From: an uncultured Actinomycetota bacterium
GTDB taxonomy: Bacteria > Actinomycetota > Actinomycetes > JAHEKZ01
Assembly: GCA_963743915.1 (NCBI GenBank)
Contig: CAVURN010000005.1
Location: 288,001 to 352,000, forward strand
Length of the DNA stretch: 64,000 nt
Reading direction: 5' to 3'
In this document: positions 1-10,016 of the stretch, piece by piece
Position numbering within the stretch: position 1 is the stretch's first letter
How the letters are laid out: each line of letters begins with the position of its first letter
The notes under the pieces: model-generated
The model's input: the letters and a program-made list of their open reading frames with translations, nothing else
Databases searched by the model: none
Told to the model about the DNA's origin: nothing
Position numbers and translations under genes: made by a program

Positions 1-866
1 TCGGGCACCGGTACGTCGACCAGACTGCGGGCTCGCTCGTACTCCTCGGTGGGCCACACCGCCTGCTGGACCTCGAGGGGGACGCCGAACCACCACCCCT
101 CGTCGTCGATCTGGGTGGCGTGGGCGCGCAACGCGTCGTCACGGACGGGGAAGAACTCGGCACACGGCACGTGCGTAGTGATCCGCCCCTGGTCACCGGG
201 GCGATCGACCCACTCATCGAGCCACTCCTCGAACGGGGACTCGAGCCCGGCGTCGAGCATCCCTCGATGCAGGGCCTCGAAACGCTCCTTGTGGAAGCCG
301 TGGTGGTAGTACAGCTTGAGCGGCTGCCAGGTCTCACCGAGCTCGGACCAGACATCCGGTGAGCCGGCTGCCTCGAATGCGGCCACGGTCACCTGGTGAC
401 ACATGATGTGGTCGGGGTGCGGGTAGCCACCCTGCTCGTCGTAGGTGGTGACCACCTGAGGCCGGAAGCTGCGCATCAAGGCGACCAGCGGGCGGGCAGC
501 GTCGTCGACCGGCACCCTCGCGAAGCAACCCTCGGGCAGCCGCTCCACGTCGTCGACCGTGTAGTCCTCGAGGTAGCCGGAGTCGACGAACCCGAGCCAC
601 TCCTGCCGGACGCCCAGGATCTCGCGGGCGCGCTCCATCTCGCGGCGACGCACCTCGGGGAGGTTCGCCGCGACCTCGGCGTCGTGGGCGAGCTTGGGGT
701 TGAGCACTTCGCCCCGCTCGCCTCCGGTGCACGTGACGACCATGACGTCGATCCCCTCGGCCACGTAGCGCGCCATGGTGGCTGCGCCCTTGCTCGACTC
801 GTCGTCGGGGTGCGCATGCACCGCCATCAGACGCAGGGCGGACGGGGCCGAGGGGGAGGCTGGCAC
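1..866 (-). CDS. mca: Mycothiol conjugate amidase Mca (3' end runs off window)
   Basis: Manual translation LRLMAVHAHPDDESSKGAATMARY...TCTGGERG...GYPHPDH; divergent from DUF4307-greA as in other actinobacteria; GTG at 866 is 6 nt from a TATCCT -10. Confidence 0.9.
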   Translation of the reverse strand, partial: MPASPSAPSALRLMAVHAHPDDESSKGAATMARYVAEGIDVMVVTCTGGERGEVLNPKLAHDAEVAANLPEVRRREMERAREILGVRQEWLGFVDSGYLEDYTVDDVERLPEGCFARVPVDDAARPLVALMRSFRPQVVTTYDEQGGYPHPDHIMCHQVTVAAFEAAGSPDVWSELGETWQPLKLYYHHGFHKERFEALHRGMLDAGLESPFEEWLDEWVDRPGDQGRITTHVPCAEFFPVRDDALRAHATQIDDEGWWFGVPLEVQQAVWPTEEYERARSLVDVPVP

Positions 867-899
867 CGGGCCAGGATAGGAGAGCCGGACAATGGTGCC

Positions 900-1338
900 G
901 TGACTCAGTCCCGTCTCCCCCGCCACCTGCGTCTGGCTCCCCTCGACGCGGATGCCGACGTGGCCCACCTGCAGGCCCGCTACGGCGCCTCACGGCCGCC
1001 TCTGGTGCTGGCGGTGGGGGCGGCGCTGGTCGTCGCGTCGTTCCTCGGCTGGGTGGTCTGGGCGCGGTCTGGGCCAGGCCGACCGGGAGCTGCGCTGGAG
1101 CACCACGGGGTTCGACAACTCGTCGAGCACCTCGGTCACCGTGGAGTTCGACGTCTTCCTGCCGGCCGGCGCCGATGTGGTCTGCGTGGTCCGCGCGCTG
1201 GACGACAACGGCATCGAGGTCGGTCGGGCAGAGGTGCCGGTCGAGGCGGACGGCACCGACGTGCACGTCGTCTACGCTCTCCCTGTGACGGCACGGCCGA
1301 GCAGCGCGCTGGCCGACAGCTGTCGTCTCAGGGAATGA
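900..1338 (+). CDS. DUF4307-family membrane protein (frameshift near 1065)
   Basis: ARYG + TM helix in one frame, continuing as VTVEFDV...CVVRALD...EVGR...C in the next; conserved position between mca and greA. Confidence 0.75.
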
Positions 1339-1402
1339 TCCGGTCGCCGAGACGGCACCGCCGCGCAACCCGTACCCCGCACAGCAGCAAGGAGCGACCC
1401 GC

Positions 1403-1894
1403 ATGACCACCTGGCTCTCCCAGGACGCCTACGACCGGCTCAAGCTCGAGTACGAAGAGCTGAGCACGACCCGTCGCGCGGAAGTGGTCACCAAGATCGC
1501 GGCGGCCCGTGAAGAGGGGGACCTGAAGGAGAACGGCGGCTACCACGCGGCGCGCGAGGAGCAGGGCAAGCTCGAGGCGCGCATCAAGCAGCTGCGCCAC
1601 CTGCTGGAGAGCGCGCAGGTCGGCACCCCTCCGGAGGCCGACGGCACCGTGCAGGTAGGGCACCAGGTGTCCGTGACGTTCATCGGTGGGGCGCTCGACG
1701 GGGAGACCGAAGTGTTCCTGCTCGGCTCGCGCGAGCAGGCGGGCCACCATGACATCGACGTGTACTCGCCTCAGTCGCCACTCGGCGGCGCCGTGCTCGG
1801 TCAGGGGATCGGCACCGAGATCGGCTACACCCTGCCGAACGGCCGGCAGCTGACCGTCCGGGTGGACGCATCCACCCCGTTCGACGCCAGCTGA
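1403..1894 (+). CDS. greA: Transcription elongation factor GreA
   Basis: AREEGDLKENGGYHAAREEQ and YSPQSPLG motifs; AAGGAG RBS. Confidence 0.97.
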   Translation: MTTWLSQDAYDRLKLEYEELSTTRRAEVVTKIAAAREEGDLKENGGYHAAREEQGKLEARIKQLRHLLESAQVGTPPEADGTVQVGHQVSVTFIGGALDGETEVFLLGSREQAGHHDIDVYSPQSPLGGAVLGQGIGTEIGYTLPNGRQLTVRVDASTPFDAS

Positions 1895-1912
1895 CCCGCG
1901 TCGAACCCGGGC

Positions 1913-3079
1913 TCAGGGGCTGAAGACCACGAGCGAGGCCGAGAAGCCGTGCAGGTGGTTGCGCCCGGCGACCGGACCGATCTCGCCCGCGGCGAAGTAG
2001 CCGGCCACCTCGGCGCCGCCCAGCCCGTCCCGGACGGCGAGGGCGTCGTGGTCGCTGGTCCTGAAGAAGTCCTCGCCGCGTCCGTTGCAGGAGAAGAGCA
2101 GGGCCCCGGCCGCTCGCCCGGTGGGGGTCGTTGACCCCCACTTCCCGAGCGCTCGACGCAGATCCGCGCTGGCCGCCGCCGGGTCGCGCAGCTGGAAGCT
2201 CACCGTCTGCCCCACCTCGACGTCGTCGGCGACGACGAGCGCCCCGCGGTCGACGTCGACCCGGACCAGGTTGCGGATGAGGAAGTCGCCCTGCTGGTGC
2301 TCGTCGGCGTACTCGTCCCGCGCCAGCCCGATCTGCAGCCCGCTGCCCGCGGCGGCCTGGTCCTCCGGCGGCAGGCTGCGCAGCAGGTCCTCCAGGCGCT
2401 GCAACGCGGGACGTCCGGCCAGCTCGAGCACGACGTTGCCCTCGCACCGCGTCACGGTCATCGGGTTGCCCACCGGTCGGCACCCCTGGCTGACGACGGC
2501 GTCGATGCTCGCAGTACCGCCGAGCACCAGGCCGACGGCTCCGCGGTCGACCACCCGGTCGTCGATCAGCAGGCGGGTCGAGCCCGACCCCTGACCGCCG
2601 ACCGCGAGCCCACCAGCGACGGGCAGACCGGACAGCGTGAGCGTCGACTCCTCGACGAATCCCTCGACGGGGAAGGAGTACGCATCGGCCAGGAGGACTG
2701 CCACCTGGTCGTCGGCGTGCACCTCAGGCATGCCCACCACCGCGATCGACTCCGGTGTCGGGATCACTTCGAGGTGGAACGACCGCACCGTGATGCCGGG
2801 GCCGGACGCGACGAACACGCTGACCGCCGAGACGTCCTCGATACCGTGCCCTCCGCCGATGACGCCGTGCGAGGACGAGCAGCCGATGCTGTGCGGTGCA
2901 CCGAGCGTGCGGGACGCCGCAGAGAGGGCGGACTCGACATCGTCGGGACTGGCGGCGCGCACGAAGACGCAGGCGAACACCGGCGCTCCGTCGAGCTCTG
3001 CCATCGCGCGGGACGCCGCGATGATGGCCGTGCGTGTCAGGTTGAAGCCCACGGCGACCCCTGACCCGCAGCTGATCAC
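1913..3079 (-). CDS. Stand-alone FIST (FIST_N + FIST_C) sensory protein
   Basis: IGCS..GVIG, VAGGLA, VSQGCRPVG, LFSCNGRG, GYFAAGEIGP..LHGFS motifs; GTG at 3079 with AAGGAG RBS. Confidence 0.88.
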   Translation of the reverse strand: MISCGSGVAVGFNLTRTAIIAASRAMAELDGAPVFACVFVRAASPDDVESALSAASRTLGAPHSIGCSSSHGVIGGGHGIEDVSAVSVFVASGPGITVRSFHLEVIPTPESIAVVGMPEVHADDQVAVLLADAYSFPVEGFVEESTLTLSGLPVAGGLAVGGQGSGSTRLLIDDRVVDRGAVGLVLGGTASIDAVVSQGCRPVGNPMTVTRCEGNVVLELAGRPALQRLEDLLRSLPPEDQAAAGSGLQIGLARDEYADEHQQGDFLIRNLVRVDVDRGALVVADDVEVGQTVSFQLRDPAAASADLRRALGKWGSTTPTGRAAGALLFSCNGRGEDFFRTSDHDALAVRDGLGGAEVAGYFAAGEIGPVAGRNHLHGFSASLVVFSP

Positions 3080-3193
3080 GCCGGCTCCTTCGCCGCATCG
3101 GATGCACCTGTCCCCATCGTGGCCGACCGACACCCGCCCCGCACCACCCCGTGCCCTCTCGCCACCCGTCCGGCCCATGGTTGGATCGTGCGC

Positions 3194-4426
3194 GTGAGTC
3201 TCGTCGCACGCCCCTGGGAGTGGGTCGCCTCCACCTTTCGGGGCATGCCGCGAGAGGTCGCCGTGCTCACTGCCGTGGCCTTCGCCGTCGCTGTCGGGTT
3301 CGGCATCGTCTTCCCGGTCATCCCGTTGTTCGCCAAGGACTTCGGCGTCTCGGCATTCGCCGCCAGCGCGGTCATCTCGATCTTCGCGCTCACCCGGTTC
3401 GTGTCCTCGCCGCCCGCCGGCTGGTTGGTGGACCGCGTCGGTGAGCGGGTGATCCTGGGGATCGGGATCTTCATCGTCGGCATCTCCAGCGCCCTCGCCG
3501 GCCTGGCGCAGGAGTACTGGCAGCTGCTCGTGCTTCGCGGCGCCGGAGGCATCGGCTCGGCGATGTTCACCGTGTCGGCGTACGCGTTGCTGCTGCGGGT
3601 GGTGCTGCCCGACCAGCGTGGACGCGCGGCACTCGCCTTTCAGGGCGGATTCCTCATCGGCGGCGTGACCGGACCGCTCTTCGGCGCCCCCCTGGTGGCC
3701 ATCTCCATCAGGCTGCCGTTCTTCGTGTATGCCGCGACTCTGCTGATTGCCGGCTCCATCGGACTGGTGTACCTCGCGCAGAGCAAGCTTCAGGAGCGCG
3801 AGAAGCAGGTCGGAACCGACATCGCACCCACACCGCTGTCAGCTGCTCTCCGGCAGCGCGCCTACTGGGCGGCGATCACCAACAACCTGGCCACCGGCTG
3901 GTCGCTGTTCGGGATCCGTGGATCGGTGCTCCCACTGTTCGTGACCGAGGCGATGCTGCTGTCGGAGTCGTGGGTCGGGATCGGCATCTTCATCTCGGCA
4001 GTCGCGCAGGGACTGTTGCTCATCCCGGCCGGACGCGCGTCCGACATGCGGGGACGGCGTCCGTCCATGATCCTCGGCTCGCTGCTCGTCGCCGTCGCAT
4101 TCCTCCTGCTCGCCGCCTCGACGAGCATCTGGCCGTATGTCGCCGCCATGGCCCTGTTCGGCTTCGGTTCAGCGCTCATCGGCACCAGCAGCAACGCTGC
4201 CGTCGGAGACGTGGTGCACGGACGCGGCGGCACGGCGATCGCGGTCTACCAGATGGCGTCAGACCTCGGCGCCTTTGCCGGGCCCCTCATCGCCGGCGCG
4301 CTCGTGGACGCCTTCTCGTTCTCGTGGGCCTTCGCAGCCACCGCGGCGATCTGCCTGATGGGGACGGCGACCGCGCTGGCGATGCCGGAGACCCTGAGGC
4401 GGAGCCCCCAGGCAGAACCAGCCTAG
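3194..4426 (+). CDS. MFS transporter
   Basis: About 12 hydrophobic helices; motif A GWLVDRVGER and GRASDMRGRR. Confidence 0.9.
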   Translation: MSLVARPWEWVASTFRGMPREVAVLTAVAFAVAVGFGIVFPVIPLFAKDFGVSAFAASAVISIFALTRFVSSPPAGWLVDRVGERVILGIGIFIVGISSALAGLAQEYWQLLVLRGAGGIGSAMFTVSAYALLLRVVLPDQRGRAALAFQGGFLIGGVTGPLFGAPLVAISIRLPFFVYAATLLIAGSIGLVYLAQSKLQEREKQVGTDIAPTPLSAALRQRAYWAAITNNLATGWSLFGIRGSVLPLFVTEAMLLSESWVGIGIFISAVAQGLLLIPAGRASDMRGRRPSMILGSLLVAVAFLLLAASTSIWPYVAAMALFGFGSALIGTSSNAAVGDVVHGRGGTAIAVYQMASDLGAFAGPLIAGALVDAFSFSWAFAATAAICLMGTATALAMPETLRRSPQAEPA

Positions 4427-5790
4427 GAGGGTCCCCGAAGAGGAGCGCCGGCCAGCGAGCCGTGCAGAAGCCGCACCGCGACGTCCGGGTGCGATCGCCC
4501 GATCAGTCCTGCCGCAGCCAGCACGTAACGCGAGTCGACGAGCGCCCTGACCCGCTCGGGGGTGCGCCACCCCCCGGCGGGGTCGGCGACCGCCTGCTCG
4601 ACGATGGCCCGCGCCTCCGCCGCTGGGCTGTGCCGCAGGACACCCCCCGAGCCGACCACGAGCGTCACGCGGCTGAGGTCCTTGCCCGGATAGCGCACGG
4701 ACCCCGCCGTGTGCGGCCTGGCGTGACGCCGGAGCGCCACGGTCGCGGCGAGCTGCGCGAGCCGCCGGTCGATCCCGCGCTCGGACGGGGTGTCAGGGAG
4801 ATAGCCGGGATCCTCATGCCGCCGCGCGGCCGCGGTCTCCAGCAGCTCTCCCTCCGCGAGCAGATGCTCGGAGCCAGCAGCCTCGACGATGCCGGGGGCG
4901 TTCCACCGCACTCCGAGATCGCCCTCGACGGTGCGACTGCGCCACAGGGTCGCCACCGCCTCGCGCTCAGCGGGGTCGTCGTCGGGCTCGGGCGACGTCA
5001 CGGAGTAGACGTCCGTCGTGGCACCACCCACGTCCACCACCACGACGTCACCGACACCGGGGAACTCGTCGGTGCCATCGGCGAGCAGCTCGACCCCGGA
5101 GAGCACCGCGTCAGGTGTGGCCGCCTGCACCCATGTGCCGAGGTCGACCCGGTCGGACAGGTGCTTGCCTCCGATCACGTGACTGATGAACACCTCGCGG
5201 ATCGCCTCGCGCGCTGAACGCGGATCGAGCTCACCGATCTTCGGGAGCACGTTGTCCGCCGCGGTGACCGGTACGGAGTGCCGACGCAGGACGCGCACCA
5301 CCGCGTCGCGTGCTGCGACGTTTCCGGCCAGCACGACGGGCACACCCACGTCGGCCCGGGCGATCACTCGGGCGTTGTGCCGCAGCACGTCGGCATTGCC
5401 ACCGTCGGTACCACCGACGAGCAGCAGCACGTCAGGTGCGGAGGCCCGCAGCTCGCCGATCTCGGCGTCACCGAGCTCGCCGGAGGCGACGTGGCAGACC
5501 CTGCCACCGGCGGACAGCCCGACGCGGTAGCCCGCCTCCGCGGTGATTGCCCGTTCGTAGCCGACCACGGCGATCCGCAGACCACCGCCGGCCGAGCTGC
5601 AGGCGAGCACCTCGTCCTGATCGCCGATCACGATCCCGGCGTCGGCCACCGCGGCGTCCATGCCGTCCATGACGTCGGTCTCGATGGTGGTGCGCGACGA
5701 GCCAGTCGCGACCAGACGGCCCTCGGCGTCCACCGCGACCAGCTTGGTGAAGGTGGAACCGAAATCGACGCAGACGAACCGCGAGGGCAC
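4423..5790 (-). CDS. glmL: Glutamate mutase L / MutL-type reactivating factor (ASKHA ATPase)
   Basis: VDFGSTFTK, ACSSAGGGL, LVGGTDGG, VDVGGATTDVYS, RTVEGDLG motifs. Confidence 0.85.
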   Translation of the reverse strand: MPSRFVCVDFGSTFTKLVAVDAEGRLVATGSSRTTIETDVMDGMDAAVADAGIVIGDQDEVLACSSAGGGLRIAVVGYERAITAEAGYRVGLSAGGRVCHVASGELGDAEIGELRASAPDVLLLVGGTDGGNADVLRHNARVIARADVGVPVVLAGNVAARDAVVRVLRRHSVPVTAADNVLPKIGELDPRSAREAIREVFISHVIGGKHLSDRVDLGTWVQAATPDAVLSGVELLADGTDEFPGVGDVVVVDVGGATTDVYSVTSPEPDDDPAEREAVATLWRSRTVEGDLGVRWNAPGIVEAAGSEHLLAEGELLETAAARRHEDPGYLPDTPSERGIDRRLAQLAATVALRRHARPHTAGSVRYPGKDLSRVTLVVGSGGVLRHSPAAEARAIVEQAVADPAGGWRTPERVRALVDSRYVLAAAGLIGRSHPDVAVRLLHGSLAGAPLRGPS

Positions 5791-5797
5791 CGCCGGC

Positions 5798-6934
5798 TCA
5801 GCCGAGAGCTTTGGTGAGGTCGGCGACCAGGTCGTCGACGTGCTCGAGTCCGACGCTCAGCCTGATGAGGTCGCCGGGGACCTCGAGCGGGCTGCCCGCC
5901 ACGGACGCGTGCGTCATCCGTCCGGGGTGCTCGATCAGCGACTCCACGCCGCCGAGCGACTCGGCGAGGGTGAACACCTCGGTGCGGTTGACCAGGTCGA
6001 CCGCTGCCTGCTCGCCACCTTCGACCTGGAACGAGACCATGCCGCCGAAGCCCCGCATCTGGCGCGCCGCGACGTCGTGGCCCGGATGGTCGGCAAGTCC
6101 GGGGTAGAAGACCCGCGTCACCTTGGGGTGCCGCGTCAGCATGTCGACCACAGCCGCAGCGTTCTCGCCGTGTCGGTCCATGCGCACGGCCAAGGTCTTG
6201 ATGCCCCGCAGCACGAGCCAGCTGTCGAAAGGACCGGAGACCGCCCCCATCGCGTTCTGGTGGTACGCCAGCCGCTCAGCGATGTCGTCCGAGCCTGCGA
6301 TGAGCGCCCCGCCCACGACATCGGAGTGACCACCCAGGTACTTGGTCGTCGAGTGCACCACGATGTCTGCCCCGAGCGCGAGCGGCTGCTGCAGGTAGGG
6401 CGACGCGAACGTGTTGTCCACGACGAGCCTGGCCCCCGCACCGTGTGCGACGTCGGCGAGGGCCGCGACGTCCGCGATGGACAGGAGCGGATTCGTAGGC
6501 GTCTCGACCCAGAGCATCGTGGTGGTGGGACGGAGGGCCGCCCGCACCGCGTCGACGTCGGAGAGCGCCACAGGCGTGTACTCGACCCCCCAGCGGGTCA
6601 GGACCTGCGAGAAGAGTCGGAACGTGCCGCCGTACGCGTCGTCCGGGATGACCACGTGGTCACCCGGCGCGCAGAGGGCGCGCAGGGTGGTGTCCTCCGC
6701 GGCCAGTCCCGACGCGAAGGCCAGCCCCCGCACGCCACCCTCGAGCGCCGCGAGGCACTCCTCGAGCGCGGTGCGGGTGGGGTTGGCCGAGCGGCTGTAC
6801 TCGTAACCGCCCCGCAGCCCGCCGACGCCGTCCTGCTTGAAGGTGGACACCTGGTGGATCGGGGGGACGACAGCGCCCGTCTGGGGGTCTGGTTCCTGCC
6901 CGGCGTGGAGCGCGAGAGTCTCGAAGTGGGTCAC
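5798..6934 (-). CDS. metB: Cystathionine gamma-synthase/lyase
   Basis: YSRSANPT, ETPTNP, DNTFASP, HSTTKYLGGHSD (PLP Lys), LAESLGGVESL. Confidence 0.93.
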   Translation of the reverse strand: MTHFETLALHAGQEPDPQTGAVVPPIHQVSTFKQDGVGGLRGGYEYSRSANPTRTALEECLAALEGGVRGLAFASGLAAEDTTLRALCAPGDHVVIPDDAYGGTFRLFSQVLTRWGVEYTPVALSDVDAVRAALRPTTTMLWVETPTNPLLSIADVAALADVAHGAGARLVVDNTFASPYLQQPLALGADIVVHSTTKYLGGHSDVVGGALIAGSDDIAERLAYHQNAMGAVSGPFDSWLVLRGIKTLAVRMDRHGENAAAVVDMLTRHPKVTRVFYPGLADHPGHDVAARQMRGFGGMVSFQVEGGEQAAVDLVNRTEVFTLAESLGGVESLIEHPGRMTHASVAGSPLEVPGDLIRLSVGLEHVDDLVADLTKALG

Positions 6935-6957
6935 AGTCCGACCCTAGCCGCCGCGCC

Positions 6958-9222
6958 TCAGACGGTCAGGCCCTCGTCTGCCGCCTCGCCGGTACCGGTC
7001 TGGTCGATCTGGTCGTCCTCGGAGGGCTGCTCGCCGATCACGTCGTCGCTTGCCGGTAGGACGTCGGTCGGTTCCGTCTCGATCCCGTGGTGCAGCTCCT
7101 CGAGGTCGTCGGCTTCGTCGAGGTCGGGCCAGACCACCTCGGCCTCGCCGTCCTCCGAGCCTTCCATCGAAACGTCCCGGTCATCGACGTCGCTGTCCTC
7201 CACGCGGAAGGTGGAGATCGAGTCCTGCATCGCCGCCGCCAGCGTCGCGATCTGCGCAGAAGCCGCAGCCGTCTGCTTCGACCCAGCGGCATACTGGCGG
7301 GAGACTTCGGAGACCTGGGTCATCGCGACGACGACCTGGTCCGACGCCGACCGCTGCTGCTGAGTCGCGATGGAGATCTCCTCCGCCGCCCCCGTCGCCT
7401 CATCGACCATCGCCGCGATCCGATCCAACGCCACCACCGCACCAGCCGCCTTACCCGCCCCCCGCTCAGCCGCCTTCGCCCCCTGCTCCGACGCCACCAC
7501 CGTCGACCGGGTGTGCGCCTGAATCTCGGTCACGATCCCCTGAATCTGACTGGTCGACTCCTGCGCCCGCTCCGCCAGCTTGCGCACCTCCGCCGCCACC
7601 ACCGCAAACCCCCGACCATGCTCCCCCGCCCGAGCCGCCTCGATCGCCGCATTCAACGCCAACAAGTTCGTCTGCTCACTGAGCTCATCGATCAACACCA
7701 AGATCCGCCCCACCTCACCGATCTTGTCCCCCAACCCCGCCGACGACGCACTCACCTGATCCACCACCGACCGCAACGACTCCATCGCCTCCACCGACTC
7801 CGCCACCGCAGCCCGACCCTCATCGGTCAACACCAACGTCTCCGACGCCACCCGCGCCACCGAACCCGCCGTCTCCGCGATCTGCGCCGCCGTCGCCGCC
7901 AACTCCTCGATCGTCGCCGTCGTCTGGGCCACGACCGCCGACTGCTCCGTCGCCGAACCCGCCTGCTCCTGGGCGGTCGCCCGCATCTGACCTGCGGCCT
8001 GCGCGAGCTGGACGCCGTGGCCTTGGGCCTGCGAGACCAGCAGGCGCAGTCGATGCAGCGTGCTCTCGAACGAGTGGGCGAGAGCGGTCAGCTGCTCGTC
8101 GTCGAAGTCGACGGGAAGGCTGACGGCCAGGTTGCCATTGGCCGCCTGGTCCAACGCCGACGAGAGGTCACCGATTCGGGCGTTCAGCCGGTCCCGCTCG
8201 GTTTCCGCCGCCCTGCGCAGCGCCTTGTTGCGTCGCGACAGCCGGAGGTAAGACCAGACCGCGTAGACCAGCAACGGGAGGGCGAGCGCGAAGAGCGCGA
8301 TGACCAGGGGTGACACTGCGGCCGCAAGCCCGGTCACGACCGCGTCGTCCGAGGCAGTGATGAACCAGTCGTTCCTGTTCACGATCTGGAGAGTCTCGGA
8401 CGGGGACAGGCGGGTGTAGGCAACACGCTGGTCGCCGATCGTCGTCAGCCCTGCATTCCCGAACGAGCTCGTGGCCCCCACGAACGTGGTGTCATCGGTC
8501 TGGCCGAAGGTCTTCTCGTCGACCTGAGACATGCGGCTGTCGATGGCAGTCATGCCGGTGCGCGCGCCGATGGCCCGCATGACAGCGTCGCCCTCGCGCT
8601 CGAGCACCTGGGCGCGCAACGCCTCCAGCCGCAGCTCGAAGTAGAGAACCCCGCGCTTCTCCCCACCCACGACGACCGAGGTGCCGTTGGCGATGACCCA
8701 CTCGTTGGTCTCCTCGGAGAAGTACGGCGTCGTCTGGAAGATCCAGCCCGCAGGCAGCGACGTCACGTCACCGAAGAAGGTCAGGCTCTGGTCCGCACCG
8801 GACTCGAGGATGATCGGCGGTGAGGGAGAGCCGTTGACCACCTCGGCGATCTCCTGGCCGGTGACAGCATCGACGTAGCCGGAGCGCGCGACAGACCCGG
8901 GGAAGAGGGTCTGGATGTAGGTCAGCAGCTCGTCGATCTCCTGCCGGGTGGCACCGTCGTCGGCGACCTTCTGCTTGGTGCTCCCAGGCTCGCGGAAGAA
9001 GTCCGCAAGAACGGCGTTCTGCGCGGTGAGCAGGCCGATGGCGCCGGCCCGCTCGAACTCCTCGGTGAGCAGCACCTCGGTGTTGGCCGCCGCAGTCCGG
9101 AGCTCGGTGTTCTGGTCGCTGGCGGCGTCCCGGGCTGCCTGAGTCGCCTGCCAAGTCAGCCCCGCGGTGGACGAGAGCAGCACGAGGCCGAGCACCAGCG
9201 CGGGTCCGCGCATGCTCCGCAT
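6958..9222 (-). CDS. Methyl-accepting chemotaxis protein (TM, Cache-like sensor, TM, HAMP-like, signalling domain, acidic tail)
   Basis: [36 protein letters not shown] hairpin tip; two TM segments; ATG 9222 with GGAGG RBS. Confidence 0.93.
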   Translation of the reverse strand: MRSMRGPALVLGLVLLSSTAGLTWQATQAARDAASDQNTELRTAAANTEVLLTEEFERAGAIGLLTAQNAVLADFFREPGSTKQKVADDGATRQEIDELLTYIQTLFPGSVARSGYVDAVTGQEIAEVVNGSPSPPIILESGADQSLTFFGDVTSLPAGWIFQTTPYFSEETNEWVIANGTSVVVGGEKRGVLYFELRLEALRAQVLEREGDAVMRAIGARTGMTAIDSRMSQVDEKTFGQTDDTTFVGATSSFGNAGLTTIGDQRVAYTRLSPSETLQIVNRNDWFITASDDAVVTGLAAAVSPLVIALFALALPLLVYAVWSYLRLSRRNKALRRAAETERDRLNARIGDLSSALDQAANGNLAVSLPVDFDDEQLTALAHSFESTLHRLRLLVSQAQGHGVQLAQAAGQMRATAQEQAGSATEQSAVVAQTTATIEELAATAAQIAETAGSVARVASETLVLTDEGRAAVAESVEAMESLRSVVDQVSASSAGLGDKIGEVGRILVLIDELSEQTNLLALNAAIEAARAGEHGRGFAVVAAEVRKLAERAQESTSQIQGIVTEIQAHTRSTVVASEQGAKAAERGAGKAAGAVVALDRIAAMVDEATGAAEEISIATQQQRSASDQVVVAMTQVSEVSRQYAAGSKQTAAASAQIATLAAAMQDSISTFRVEDSDVDDRDVSMEGSEDGEAEVVWPDLDEADDLEELHHGIETEPTDVLPASDDVIGEQPSEDDQIDQTGTGEAADEGLTV

Positions 9223-9263
9223 CCCGTCACCCTCCGTAACCGTGGGGAGATCCTGGAAGGGGA

Positions 9264-9290
9264 ATCGGCAGCCCCCCGACGATGGTTGAG
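9264..9290 (-). promoter_or_regulatory. sigma28 (FliA/WhiG)-type promoter of the chemoreceptor
   Basis: Minus strand reads CTCA-N17-GCCGAT about 42 nt upstream of the MCP start. Confidence 0.7.
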
Positions 9291-9321
9291 CCAAACAGGT
9301 CACCCACCAGCAGGAGGATCC

Positions 9322-9960
9322 GTGCTCTTCGGCCGTACCACCACGCTTCCGACCCCCGCCCAGGCCCTCCCCGGTCGCCCCACCCCCGCCTTCGAGGTGC
9401 CCGAGCGGCACGCCGTTCTCGGCACCCCCTTGGCTGCCCCCGTCCCGGCAGGCATGGAGGAGCTCTTCGTCGGGATGGGCTGCTTCTGGGGCGCAGAACG
9501 CCGGTTCTGGCAGCTTGACGGCGTCTGGACCACCGCGGTCGGCTACCAGGGGGGCGTGACACCGAACCCCACCTATGAGGAGGCGTGCACCGGCCTCACC
9601 GGGCACACCGAGGCGGTGCGGGTCGTCTACGACCCCGCCGTGATCGCCTTCGACGACCTGCTCCGGGTCTTCTGGGAGACCCACGACCCCACGCAGGGCT
9701 TCCGCCAGGGCAACGACCTCGGCACGCAGTACCGGTCGACCCTGTACTGGACGACCGACGAGCAGCGGGTCGCCGCCGAAGCGTCACGGGACCGCTACCA
9801 GGCGGCCCTCACCGCCGCCGGGCTCGGCACGATCACCACCGAGATCGCCCCAGCCCCCACGTTCTACTACGCCGAGGACTACCACCAGCAGTACCTGGCG
9901 AAGGTGCCGAACGGCTACGACTGCCACGCCAACACCGGGATCGCGTACCCGTCCCAGTAA
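9322..9960 (+). CDS. msrA: Peptide methionine sulfoxide reductase MsrA
   Basis: [39 protein letters not shown]. Confidence 0.96.
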   Translation: MLFGRTTTLPTPAQALPGRPTPAFEVPERHAVLGTPLAAPVPAGMEELFVGMGCFWGAERRFWQLDGVWTTAVGYQGGVTPNPTYEEACTGLTGHTEAVRVVYDPAVIAFDDLLRVFWETHDPTQGFRQGNDLGTQYRSTLYWTTDEQRVAAEASRDRYQAALTAAGLGTITTEIAPAPTFYYAEDYHQQYLAKVPNGYDCHANTGIAYPSQ

Positions 9961-10016
9961 CCACTGGCCTCGCTGCCCTGGGCTCCTCGCCATCGCCACC
10001 CAGTACCGTCGTCGAG

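Noticed and set aside
4423-5790. DNA mismatch-repair MutL
   Set aside because: Name overlap only; the motifs are ASKHA/actin-like, not GHKL
9223-9684. 908-aa MCP with long N-terminal extension; likewise extended starts for eno (25323), udgB (21453) and the FMN-binding protein (9585)
   Set aside because: The extensions overlap neighbouring genes; RBS or -10 evidence supports the shorter starts
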